Assembly (NCBI RefSeq): GCF_000425325.1 | Contig: NZ_KE384349.1 | Coordinates: 280,790-304,789 of the forward strand | Direction: 5' to 3' | DNA length: 24,000 nucleotides | Source of the DNA: Rathayibacter toxicus DSM 7488 | Lineage (GTDB): Bacteria; Actinomycetota; Actinomycetes; Actinomycetales; Microbacteriaceae | Part shown: positions 6,013 to 14,344 of the stretch, piece by piece | Position numbering within the stretch: the stretch's first letter is position 1 | Layout of the letters: each line of letters starts with the position of its first letter | The notes under the pieces: model-generated | What the model saw: only the letters and a program-made list of their open reading frames with translations | Database searches by the model: none | What the model was told of the DNA's origin: nothing | Program-made: the position numbers and the translations under genes

Positions 6013-6491
6013 CAGTTGCAAAAAATTGTCCCGACGGCGGTGCCGCCAACCACGACCGCTGGATCAAATGGCCCCGTGAAAAGCCCACTCACCCCAGAAG
6101 CACTACCTCCAGTGAGCCCCGATTTCGCCGCGCAGTGCCAGTAGTCGTCCGTCTCGGTGAACGCAATACCCGCGTGGGGGCTCGCAGAGATAATAACTTC
6201 ATGCGAGTTATTTGCAGTGTAGTGCAGCGCACGAGTGACGCCATCCTTACTTACCGCTGTTGCCGGGAGCGCTCCGTAGTCTTTTCCGTCCAATCCGACA
6301 ACTTCGTATGTTCCGTTCTTTGCAACGAACGTTGCTCCGGTGAGGTCGAATTTAAGGTGAGTGCCATCAACCGAAATGGAGTAGTGAGGGGTGACTTCCG
6401 CCGCCTGGGCAGTAGTCGTGGCGAGAAGCGGGCCTGCGACGATTCCCACCGCCACAGCGGCAGCTGCGACGGTTTTCTTTCCGAATTGCAT
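6012..6491 (-). CDS. Secreted protein of unknown family (159 aa) with Sec signal peptide and Gly-rich, Cys-bracketed C-terminus
   Basis: MQFGKK-TVAAAAVAVGIVAGPLLA-TTTAQA/AE forms n-, h- and c-regions with an AxA cleavage site. SD AAGGAAGGA lies 10 nt upstream of ATG 6491. The C-terminus is DDYWHCAAKSGLTGGSASGVSGLFTGPFDPAVVVGGTAVGTIFCN. Confidence 0.75.
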   Translation of the reverse strand: MQFGKKTVAAAAVAVGIVAGPLLATTTAQAAEVTPHYSISVDGTHLKFDLTGATFVAKNGTYEVVGLDGKDYGALPATAVSKDGVTRALHYTANNSHEVIISASPHAGIAFTETDDYWHCAAKSGLTGGSASGVSGLFTGPFDPAVVVGGTAVGTIFCN

Positions 6492-6546
6492 GCGTAGCGC
6501 ATCCTTCCTTATGCCTACCTATGCCAGAAGATTTCTAGCAAATATT

Positions 6547-6575
6547 TTTTTACGCCTCGTTGCGGACGCTGTCAA
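6547..6575 (-). promoter_or_regulatory. Candidate sigma70-type promoter of the islet (TTGACA-17-TAAAAA)
   Basis: Minus strand reads TTGACA gcgtccgcaacgaggcg TAAAAA, about 55 nt upstream of ATG 6491, in a markedly AT-rich stretch. Confidence 0.45.
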
Positions 6576-6790
6576 TGAGAAAAAATACATAAAGAGGTAC
6601 ATGAGTAGTTTTGCGGGCAGCCTTAGTGCGGCGGGGCACAGAGGTATCGAGCAGCCTCGTACACACGCAATGGCCTGATCTCAATTCCGTCATCCGAATT
6701 AACCGACATCTGCATTGTGACGAGTAGCCCAGAGCGCGTGACGGGCTCGTCTCAGTGACACCCCCGGAGGGCGGCGGGAACAACAACAAG

Positions 6791-6821
6791 AGCCCCCACC
6801 CCCTGGGAGGGGGTGGGGGCT
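6791..6821 (-). terminator. Intrinsic terminator after rplQ
   Basis: 13-bp perfect stem AGCCCCCACCCCC-tggga-GGGGGTGGGGGCT, 22 nt after the rplQ stop. On the minus strand it is followed by CTTGTTGTTGTT. Confidence 0.8.
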
Positions 6822-6842
6822 TCTCTCGAGAGCACGCACAAA

Positions 6843-7367
6843 CTACTCGGCGGCGCCGCTCGTGTCCTTGGCAGCTGCATCCTGTCCGGTTGTCTCCTCG
6901 GGCGCGGACTCCTCGGCGACGGACGCCTCATCGGCGGTCGGCGCAACCTCAGCCGGCGCGTCCGCGGTTGGCGAGGCGGCAGTACGCGACTTCTTCACCT
7001 TCGGAGTGACGGGCTCGAGAACGAGTTCGATCACCGCCATCGGAGCATTGTCTCCCTTACGGGGGCCGATCTTGGTGATGCGGGTGTAACCGCCCTCACG
7101 CTCGGCCACGAGCGGCGCGATCTCGGTGAAGAGTTCGTGCACGACCGCCTTATCGCTGATCGTCGCGAGCACCCGACGACGGGCATGCAGGTCACCGCGC
7201 TTGGCGAAGGTGACCAGGCGCTCGGCGAGCGGACGCAGACGCTTGGCCTTGGTCTCGGTGGTCTTGATGCTCTTGTGCGTGAACAGGGCCGCGGCAAGGT
7301 TCGCGAGCAGCAGACGCTCGTGTGCGGGACCGCCTCCGAGGCGGGGGCCCTTGGTGGGCTTAGGCAT
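6843..7367 (-). CDS. rplQ: 50S ribosomal protein L17
   Basis: [25 protein letters not shown]... is the canonical L17 N-terminus. There is an Ala/Glu/Pro-rich C-terminal tail typical of actinobacteria. Confidence 0.97.
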   Translation of the reverse strand: MPKPTKGPRLGGGPAHERLLLANLAAALFTHKSIKTTETKAKRLRPLAERLVTFAKRGDLHARRRVLATISDKAVVHELFTEIAPLVAEREGGYTRITKIGPRKGDNAPMAVIELVLEPVTPKVKKSRTAASPTADAPAEVAPTADEASVAEESAPEETTGQDAAAKDTSGAAE

Positions 7368-7442
7368 GGCTTTACTCCAGTACTAAAAAAGGGTGTCAGC
7401 AGGTCGAAACATTCAAGGGCCGGGGCCCCAGGAGCGGGAGAC

Positions 7443-8429
7443 TTAGATGCTCTCGTCGTCGTAGCTGTAGAAATGGGCACCGTCAAACCCGGGAACCGAG
7501 TCCTTGAGCGACAGACCCAACTCCGTCAACTTCTCCTTGACCTCATCCACCGACTTCTGCCCGAAGTTGCGAATGTTCATCAGTTGCGTCTCCGAAAGAG
7601 CGACAAGCTCATTGACATTGTTAATGCCCTCACGCTTGAGGCAGTTGTAACTGCGCACCGAGAGGTCAAGATCCTCAATGGGCATCGACAACTCAGTCGA
7701 GAGGACGGCATCGACCGGGGCGGGACCGATCTCAATACCCTCGGCCGCGCTGTTCAGCTCACGGGCCAAGCCGAAGAGTTCGGTCAGGGTGCGACCGGCG
7801 GAGGCAATGGCATCGCGCGGTGAGATAGCAGGCTTGGTTTCCACATCGACGACTAGACGATCGAAATCGGTGCGCTCACCGGCACGGGTGGCCTCAACAC
7901 GGTAGGTGACCTTGAGCACCGGCGAGTAGATCGAATCGATCGGGATCTGGCCAGCTTCGGAGAACTCGCTCCGATTCTGAGTGGCCGAGACATAGCCACG
8001 GCCACGTTCGATCGTGAGTTCTAATTCGAACTTCGCCTTGTCGTTCAGTGTGGCGATAAGCAGCTCAGGGTTGTGGATCTCCACACCGGCTGGGGCCGAA
8101 ATGTCTGCGGCAGTGACCTGGCCAGCTCCCTGCTTACGCAGATAGGCGGTAATGGGCTCGTCATGCTCCGAGGAGACGACCAGACCCTTGATGTTCAAAA
8201 TGATGTCGGTGACATCCTCGCGGACCCCGGGGACCGTCGTGAACTCGTGCAGAACTCCATCGATCCGGATGCTGGTGACCGCAGCACCGGGGATAGAGGA
8301 GAGCAAGGTACGTCGCAGCGAATTGCCGAGTGTGTAGCCAAAGCCGGGCTCGAGAGGCTCGATGACGAAGCGGGAACGGAACTCCGAGATGTTTTCCTCA
8401 GTGAGCGTCGGACGCTGTGCGATAAGCAC
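7443..8429 (-). CDS. rpoA: DNA-directed RNA polymerase subunit alpha
   Basis: (V)[65 protein letters not shown] start 8429, with AGGAA 7 nt upstream. Confidence 0.97.
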   Translation of the reverse strand: MLIAQRPTLTEENISEFRSRFVIEPLEPGFGYTLGNSLRRTLLSSIPGAAVTSIRIDGVLHEFTTVPGVREDVTDIILNIKGLVVSSEHDEPITAYLRKQGAGQVTAADISAPAGVEIHNPELLIATLNDKAKFELELTIERGRGYVSATQNRSEFSEAGQIPIDSIYSPVLKVTYRVEATRAGERTDFDRLVVDVETKPAISPRDAIASAGRTLTELFGLARELNSAAEGIEIGPAPVDAVLSTELSMPIEDLDLSVRSYNCLKREGINNVNELVALSETQLMNIRNFGQKSVDEVKEKLTELGLSLKDSVPGFDGAHFYSYDDESI

Positions 8430-8577
8430 TGATGATTCCTTTCGATCACATGTCCGCTATATGACATGTGCGTTTACGAGATGAAAGAGTTGTGAAAGAA
8501 ATGCACACTCCGTCGGTCGGCCCCACCTATCATCAAGGGCGGATCGTGCGGCCGACCAACGGCTGCGAGTGCTGGAA

Positions 8578-8976
8578 CTAGACGCGACGACGCTTCGGGG
8601 GACGGCAGCCGTTGTGCGCCTGCGGAGTGACGTCGTTGATCGAACCCACTTCAAGGCCGGCAGCCTGGAGGGAACGGATTGCGGTCTCACGACCAGAGCC
8701 AGGACCCTTGACAAAAACGTCAACCTTTTTCATGCCATGCTCTTGCGCCTGGCGCGCTGCCGACTCCGCAGCAAGCTGAGCGGCAAACGGCGTTGACTTG
8801 CGCGAGCCTTTGAAGCCGACACCGCCGGACGACGCCCAGCTGATGACGCCCCCCGAAGGGTCGGTGATCGAGACGATGGTGTTGTTGAACGTCGACTTGA
8901 TGTGGGCCTGGCCCACAGCGATGTTCTTCTTGTCCTTGCGGCGTGGCTTACGAGCGGCCGACTTAGGGGTAGCCAA
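8578..8976 (-). CDS. rpsK: 30S ribosomal protein S11
   Basis: [33 protein letters not shown]...[14 protein letters not shown] start 8976, with GAGGAG 8 nt upstream. Confidence 0.96.
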   Translation of the reverse strand: MATPKSAARKPRRKDKKNIAVGQAHIKSTFNNTIVSITDPSGGVISWASSGGVGFKGSRKSTPFAAQLAAESAARQAQEHGMKKVDVFVKGPGSGRETAIRSLQAAGLEVGSINDVTPQAHNGCRPPKRRRV

Positions 8977-9009
8977 TTCTGTTTCTCCTCTTGGTCCGTG
9001 TCGCCCGCG

Positions 9010-9390
9010 TTACTTGCGGCCGGCCTTTTTCTTGCCGGCGACAGTGCGCTTCGGGCCCTTGCGGGTGCGCGCATTGGTCTTGGTGCGCTGTCCACGGACC
9101 GGGAGGCCGCGACGGTGGCGGAGGCCTTCGTACGAGCCGATCTCGACCTTGCGGCGAATATCAGCAGCAACCTCGCGACGGAGATCACCCTCCACCTTGT
9201 AGTTGCCCTCGATGTAGTCGCGAAGCAGCACGAGCTGCTCGTCCGTCAGGTCTTTGACTCGGGTGTTGCGGTCGATCCCGGTGTCGCTGAGGGTGGCGAG
9301 CGAGCGCGTACGCCCCACTCCGTAAATGTAGGTCAGTGCGACTTCCACGCGCTTATCGCGCGGGATGTCGACTCCGGCCAGACGTGCCAT
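9010..9390 (-). CDS. rpsM: 30S ribosomal protein S13
   Basis: [32 protein letters not shown] 9390 is preceded by AGGAGAAG. The track ORF extends further upstream to 9450. Confidence 0.96.
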   Translation of the reverse strand: MARLAGVDIPRDKRVEVALTYIYGVGRTRSLATLSDTGIDRNTRVKDLTDEQLVLLRDYIEGNYKVEGDLRREVAADIRRKVEIGSYEGLRHRRGLPVRGQRTKTNARTRKGPKRTVAGKKKAGRK

Positions 9391-9608
9391 AGCGGCTTCT
9401 CCTGTGAGTGAAGGGAGGTGTGATGCAGCGTCGGTGCCCCGGCCTCCCACCGAAGGTGTCCTCGTCGCCTGCCCGGAGAGAGCCCGGTGCAGTGCGAGAT
9501 TTCTGACGTTGCGTTGTATTGAGATGTTGTCGTTGAGGCCTCAGTTGTCATTCTGCGGTTGTGCCCGCAAAAAGCCCTATCGCTTCGATATTCCTTGGCG
9601 AGACAAGA

Positions 9609-9725
9609 TTAGCCCTGACGCTGTTTATGGCGCGGGTTGCTACCGCAGATAACTATCACGTTGCCGTGACGACGGATGATCCTGCAGTGATCGCAGATTC
9701 GCTTCACGCTGGGGTTGACCTTCAT
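9609..9725 (-). CDS. rpmJ: 50S ribosomal protein L36
   Basis: Hand translation gives [38 protein letters not shown]. It is below the ORF-track length cutoff. Confidence 0.95.
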   Translation of the reverse strand: MKVNPSVKRICDHCRIIRRHGNVIVICGSNPRHKQRQG

Positions 9726-9821
9726 GGTTCTTTTCCTCGATATCGCTGGCGTCGTACTCCCGGCGGATGCCGGGGCCGTTCCTTACAGGACACACACGTC
9801 GCGAACAGGGCGAGCTACCAT

Positions 9822-10043
9822 CTACTTATAGCGGTAGACGATCCGGCCGCGGGTCAGGTCGTAGGGGCTCAGCTCAACGATCACACGATCCTCGGGGAGG
9901 ATACGGATGTAGTGCTGACGCATCTTGCCCGAGATGTGGGCGAGAACTTTGTGTCCGTTGGTCAACTCCACGCGAAACATCGCATTGGGGAGTGCCTCGA
10001 CAACCGCACCTTCGATTTCGATGACACCGTCTTTTTTGGCCAT
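9822..10043 (-). CDS. infA: Translation initiation factor IF-1
   Basis: [73 protein letters not shown]. The internal ATG 10043 of track ORF 9822..10298 is used. Confidence 0.97.
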   Translation of the reverse strand: MAKKDGVIEIEGAVVEALPNAMFRVELTNGHKVLAHISGKMRQHYIRILPEDRVIVELSPYDLTRGRIVYRYK

Positions 10044-10285
10044 AGCCTCACTGTCGTTCAGAAGTAGTGTGTACTGGTCGTGCGAATGTTTCCGCGACGA
10101 TCCACTCCGGGCGAGAGCCCGGATCGCGGTATGTCGGCGTGTCGGGACACGCGCAAGACACCAAAAGTCGATAGTACGCGAATTCCCGCTTCTGCACCAG
10201 CTCGGGCGTGTCCGGCTCGGAGCGCCGTGTCCGACCCTGACTACCACGGCCTTTAGGCTTGCCCTCGTCGAGCGGAGGAGTGCAG

Positions 10286-10999
10286 ATGGTAGGCACAAAA
10301 AAAACGAAATCGAGTGGGAAGCGCTGGTACTCGCATCCCCTGGTCACGATCGTGGGCGCGATCGTTGCTATCGCCCTCATCCAGACCTTCTTCGTGAAGG
10401 TGTACACGGTGCCCACCGGCTCGATGGAGAACACCCTCCAGGGAGGCGGTTTCTTCGGCGACCGCATACTCGTCGATCGCACACTCGCGCTCCAGGGCGG
10501 GCCTCAAGCAGAAGAGATCGTCGTCTTCTCACGCAACGCGGCCTGGGGGGCGAGCGATGAGGCGGGCAGCCCTCTCTCGGAGATCGTCAAAACTTTCGGT
10601 GACATCACCAACATTGGGCCATCCCACGAGGAATTCCTGGTGAAAAGAGTGATCGCGACCGGCGGGCATCGGGTCTCCTGCTGCGACGCCGAGGGACACA
10701 TCCTTGTTGATGGTCAGCCGATCGATGAATCGTACGTGTTCCAGAATTTTCCCTTTAGCCCCGGTACGCTCGACTGCTCGACCGCTCCCGCCTCCCTCCG
10801 CTGCTTTCAGGAATACTCTGTCCCCGAGAACACGCTTTTCGTTCTGGGCGACCACCGCAGTAGATCGAACGATTCCCTCGGCGACTGTCGCGGTGGCTCC
10901 GGCCCAATCGACTCCTGTGTGAAGACGGTCCCCATCGACCGTGTGACGGGCCGCGTCTTCGCGGTCGCCTGGCCTCTCACGCGCTGGCATCTCTTGTGA
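10286..10999 (+). CDS. lepB: Signal peptidase I
   Basis: One N-terminal TM span, catalytic Ser box PTGSMENTL, Lys box [11 protein letters not shown], and the [10 protein letters not shown] box. ATG 10286 is preceded by GGAGGAG with a 5-nt spacer. The track ORF starts at TTG 10259. Confidence 0.9.
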   Translation: MVGTKKTKSSGKRWYSHPLVTIVGAIVAIALIQTFFVKVYTVPTGSMENTLQGGGFFGDRILVDRTLALQGGPQAEEIVVFSRNAAWGASDEAGSPLSEIVKTFGDITNIGPSHEEFLVKRVIATGGHRVSCCDAEGHILVDGQPIDESYVFQNFPFSPGTLDCSTAPASLRCFQEYSVPENTLFVLGDHRSRSNDSLGDCRGGSGPIDSCVKTVPIDRVTGRVFAVAWPLTRWHLL

Positions 11000-11015
11000 A
11001 GCCCCATGAGAGACG

Positions 11016-12158
11016 TCAGCCGCGCACGACCGTGACCAGCTGAGGGAAGAGCGGATGGTCGAAGGCTATCCCCATCGCCTCCGCCACGAATTGCTCCGGA
11101 GAAAGAGTCGCGAGCATCATTTGCAGTTCCACGCTCTGCGGATCCTCCGGCAGGTCAAAGCGCAGCGCGGCTTTGATTGCCGCCAGGAGCCCGGAAGGAG
11201 TATGCCCCCGCTCAGCGAGTTCGGCCGCCGGCCCAACAAAACGCTCGTGCCGCGAAAGCTTGCGCAACGGCTGACGCCCCACCCGCTCCACAGTGTCTCT
11301 CAGATGAGGATTAGCCGCCCGGGCGAGTGCCTTTTCGACGTAGGCCTGATGCTCCACGCGGCTGAAGCCGTGCTTAGCGATAAGCAGCACCGTAGTGTCC
11401 TCGAGCGCCGCTTTCACCGTGTGCTGTGCCTCGGGCAGGGCGAGCGCCGCCGAAAGTGTGTGCACCCCCGCGGCAAAGCCGACATAAGCGGCGGCGGTGT
11501 GACCGGTGTTTACCGTGAACAGCTTGCGCTCAATATAGGGCTCAAGGTCATCGACATAAGTCACACCGGGGAGCGTGGGCTCGCCACCTTCGAAAGGCGT
11601 ACGGTCGATGATCCACTCGGAGAAGCTTTCGACAGTCACATCGAGCCTGCGTCGAGAGTCCTGCTGAGGGACAATCCGATCGACCGCGGTATCCGCGAAC
11701 ACCACCTGAGAGCGCAAGCGCTCCCACTCGTCCAGGCCAAGAGCCGCGGCAACCTCCGTCTGCAACAGGCGCGTGGCGCCGATCGCGTTCTCGCACGCCA
11801 TCACGACCAGACGTTCCGCTTTCTCCGGCCGCGCAGCAAGGCCCTTCGCGATAACGGGCGCAACGAAGCGGAGAATGTCCGCGCCGACGGCGGTGGTCAC
11901 GATCTCCGCAGAGGCGATTTCACGCACCACCGCATCCGCATCACTGCGTGAGTTGATCGCGCGGAAGCGGTTGATCACGCGCGTCACCGGTGTCTCCCCC
12001 ACTTCGTGCACCTCGTAGCTGCCTACGACAGCAAGCCGGTCGACGAGTCCGGCGCTGATATCGACAAAGACGATGTCGTACCCTGCGCCGTGCAGGATCG
12101 GACCGATAAAACCGCGGCCGATATTCCCCGCGCCGAAATGGACAGCCGTCGGCATCAC
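11016..12158 (-). CDS. mtlD: Mannitol-1-phosphate 5-dehydrogenase
   Basis: AVHFGAGNIGRGFIGPIL N-terminal Rossmann motif, typical MtlD length (380 aa), and operon context. Its start overlaps the EIIA stop (ATGA). Confidence 0.9.
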   Translation of the reverse strand: MMPTAVHFGAGNIGRGFIGPILHGAGYDIVFVDISAGLVDRLAVVGSYEVHEVGETPVTRVINRFRAINSRSDADAVVREIASAEIVTTAVGADILRFVAPVIAKGLAARPEKAERLVVMACENAIGATRLLQTEVAAALGLDEWERLRSQVVFADTAVDRIVPQQDSRRRLDVTVESFSEWIIDRTPFEGGEPTLPGVTYVDDLEPYIERKLFTVNTGHTAAAYVGFAAGVHTLSAALALPEAQHTVKAALEDTTVLLIAKHGFSRVEHQAYVEKALARAANPHLRDTVERVGRQPLRKLSRHERFVGPAAELAERGHTPSGLLAAIKAALRFDLPEDPQSVELQMMLATLSPEQFVAEAMGIAFDHPLFPQLVTVVRG

Positions 12159-12589
12159 GAGTTGATTCCGCTCAGCAAGTGGTAGAGGGTCTGCGCGTCC
12201 GGGGCGTCAAGCAGTTTCTGCACCTCGTCGTTCTCCGAGAAAAGGAGGGCAATCTTGGAGAGCATCTCGATGTGGACGTTATTGATACCTGCGATACCCA
12301 TAACGAAACGCACCTCGTGACCGTCCCAGTCGATCGGCTGCGCATAACGCACGAACGAGAGCGCAGAAAACCGGATCTCGCGCGTGGCGTCGTTGGTGCC
12401 GTGCGGAATGGCGAGCAGATTGCCCATAAAAGTAGAGATCGTCGCTTCCCGCGCAAGCATCGCCTGGTAATACGTCGAAGTCACCGCCTCAGCGCGGACC
12501 AGGAGGTCCGCAGCCTCTTTAATGGCCGCCTCCTTTGTTGTAGCAGCTCCCGAGGGGTCGATCTGTCCGAGAGTAAGCACAGCAGTCAT
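12155..12589 (-). CDS. mtlF: PTS mannitol-specific EIIA component
   Basis: The phosphorylatable His lies in NLLAIPHGT, followed by FVMGIAG. ATG 12589 is preceded by GGAAGGA with an 8-nt spacer. The track ORF starts at GTG 12613. Confidence 0.88.
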   Translation of the reverse strand: MTAVLTLGQIDPSGAATTKEAAIKEAADLLVRAEAVTSTYYQAMLAREATISTFMGNLLAIPHGTNDATREIRFSALSFVRYAQPIDWDGHEVRFVMGIAGINNVHIEMLSKIALLFSENDEVQKLLDAPDAQTLYHLLSGINS

Positions 12590-12685
12590 AGCGTCAGTCC
12601 TTCCAGATGGCACAGAACACGGGAAATCTGTGGGGTGAAAAGCGGCGTTCGTCTCTCGCTCTGATTTCCTTGCCGTACATATCGG

Positions 12686-14230
12686 TCACGGGTCGGTCGG
12701 AATGGCATGCTGCCGCGCAACCAGCGCGACAACCTCGTTGTACTGTGCGCTGTTCATGAAGTTATCCACCGACACATGAATCGCGCCCGGGACGCGTTCA
12801 CGGGCGCGTTCGGTCAACTCCTTCTGAGTGATCACCAGATCGACATCGTCCTCGAGCTCGGCAATCGCCCGGTTGGTAACGGTGACATCGTCATAGCCTG
12901 CCTTCGTCATGATGTGCCGCAGTACAGAGGCACCCATCGCAGACGAGCCCATGCCGGCGTCGCAGGCGACGACAATTGTGCGCACGAGGGGAGCCGCCAC
13001 TCCCTGCTGCATCTTCGCGCCGCTGGAGTCGAGCAGAGTAGCCACGGCGCTTTCTGCACCTTTATTCGCCTCATTCGCAGCGACCGCAGCACCAAAGACG
13101 TTCTCTCCCCGGTAATCGGCGGCGAGGTCATGCGCGCGGCTCGAGCGGATAATCACCGAGGCAACCACAAAAGAGACCGTGGTGGCCGCAACCACCGAGA
13201 GGACCACACCGAGGAGACTGTCGTGTGCCGTCTCCACGAGCACGGCGATGATGGAGCCGGGCGAGGCAGGAGCGCGCAGTCCCGAGTTGAACGCAACGTT
13301 TGTTGCGACGCCGGTGGCGCCTCCGAGAATGACGGCCGTCACCAGAGTCGGTTTCATCAACACGTACGGAAAGTAAATCTCGTGAATACCACCGAGGAAA
13401 TGAATGATCGCCGCCCCAGGAGCAGATGCGCGCGCAACGCCCACACCGCAAACGGCATATGCGAGCAATACGCCCATACCGGGACCGGGATTAGCTTCGA
13501 GGAGGAAAAGAACTGATGTACCCGCCTCCGCTTCCTGTTGCACACCCAACGGGGTAAGAATGCCGTGATTGATCGCATTATTAAGGAACAGAATTTTTGC
13601 GGGCTCAATTACCACGCTGGTCAGCGGGAGCAGACCTACCGTCACCAGCGACCGGACACCGGCACTGAGCGCCGCTGACAGACTGACTACGAGCGGGGCG
13701 ATGCCGACAAAGGCAAGCAGCGCGAGCAGGAGGCCCATGATCCCGGCCGAAAAATTGTTGACCAGCATCTCGAATCCGGGCTTAATTGTGCCACCCCAGA
13801 GCGCATCGACCTTTTTCATCAGCCACGCTGAGAGCGGACCCATCACCATCGCACCGAGGAACATGGGAATACCGGCACCGACGATCACGCCCATCGTGGC
13901 AATGGTGCCTACGACTCCACCGCGGACGCCGTACACCATCCGACCACCGGTATGAGCAATCAGCAGAGGGAGGAGGTAGGTGATCATCGGGTTGACAAGC
14001 CCCAGGTGGGTGACCGCGGGATCCGTGCTCCAGCCACCGAGCTGCTGGACCCAGACGGCGTTGATACCCAGCAGCGGCAACCATCCGCTCGGTATGAAGA
14101 GGGCCGTGAGCAAGCCCCACGCGATAAAGGCCGCGATGTTCGGCATGACCATCCCCGAAAGGAAGGCACCGAAACGCTGAACACGCACGCGCAGTCCTCC
14201 GTGCACCGGGTTGGCTGACGTCAGTGTCAT
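12686..14230 (-). CDS. mtlA: PTS mannitol-specific EIICB component
   Basis: VQRFGAFLSGMVMPNIAAFIAWGLLTALFIPSGW matches the MtlA N-terminus ([34 protein letters not shown]). The C-terminal EIIB domain carries IVVACDAGMGSSAMGASVL. The internal ATG 14230 of track ORF 12686..14341 is used. Confidence 0.92.
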   Translation of the reverse strand: MTLTSANPVHGGLRVRVQRFGAFLSGMVMPNIAAFIAWGLLTALFIPSGWLPLLGINAVWVQQLGGWSTDPAVTHLGLVNPMITYLLPLLIAHTGGRMVYGVRGGVVGTIATMGVIVGAGIPMFLGAMVMGPLSAWLMKKVDALWGGTIKPGFEMLVNNFSAGIMGLLLALLAFVGIAPLVVSLSAALSAGVRSLVTVGLLPLTSVVIEPAKILFLNNAINHGILTPLGVQQEAEAGTSVLFLLEANPGPGMGVLLAYAVCGVGVARASAPGAAIIHFLGGIHEIYFPYVLMKPTLVTAVILGGATGVATNVAFNSGLRAPASPGSIIAVLVETAHDSLLGVVLSVVAATTVSFVVASVIIRSSRAHDLAADYRGENVFGAAVAANEANKGAESAVATLLDSSGAKMQQGVAAPLVRTIVVACDAGMGSSAMGASVLRHIMTKAGYDDVTVTNRAIAELEDDVDLVITQKELTERARERVPGAIHVSVDNFMNSAQYNEVVALVARQHAIPTDP

Positions 14231-14344
14231 GTGCGTTCTCCGATTTCTAGGAGCGGCGACGTTCTTGGGAGCGGAAACACTGATGAGGCAACCAGTCTCC
14301 CGAGTAGCACCGCCGTGCAGAGGAATCAGTCGGAAAACCACAGG

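Noticed and set aside
6804-6821. G-runs (GGGAGGGGGTGGGGG) that could suggest a G-quadruplex.
   Set aside because: They are exactly complementary to the preceding C-runs and sit 22 nt after the rplQ stop. An ordinary intrinsic-terminator hairpin explains them fully.
6813-7823. Long plus-strand ORF (336 aa). Similar antisense ORFs occur at 20530..21549, 11055..11951, 12707..13516, 14658..15386, 15095..15796, 9925..10560 and 18218..18901.
   Set aside because: All lie opposite unambiguous conserved genes (rplQ/rpoA, rpsE/rplR, mtlD, mtlA, ptsI, infA region, secY). Their Arg/Gly/Pro-rich, low-complexity composition is typical of stop-poor antisense frames in high-GC DNA.
9391-9450. Upstream extensions of track ORFs beyond the conserved N-termini: rpsM to 9450, infA to 10298, mtlA to 14341, mtlF to 12613, lepB from 10259, ptsH to 16471 and truA to 5331.
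   Set aside because: In each case an internal ATG with a better-placed SD reproduces the canonical family N-terminus, for example [19 protein letters not shown] and His15 in HPr.
10297-10304. A8 homopolymer at codons 4-6 of lepB, considered as a possible slipped-strand phase-variation tract.
   Set aside because: It encodes the Lys-rich cytoplasmic tail (TKKTK) expected ahead of the signal-peptidase TM anchor. Eight bases is short, and the gene is normally essential.
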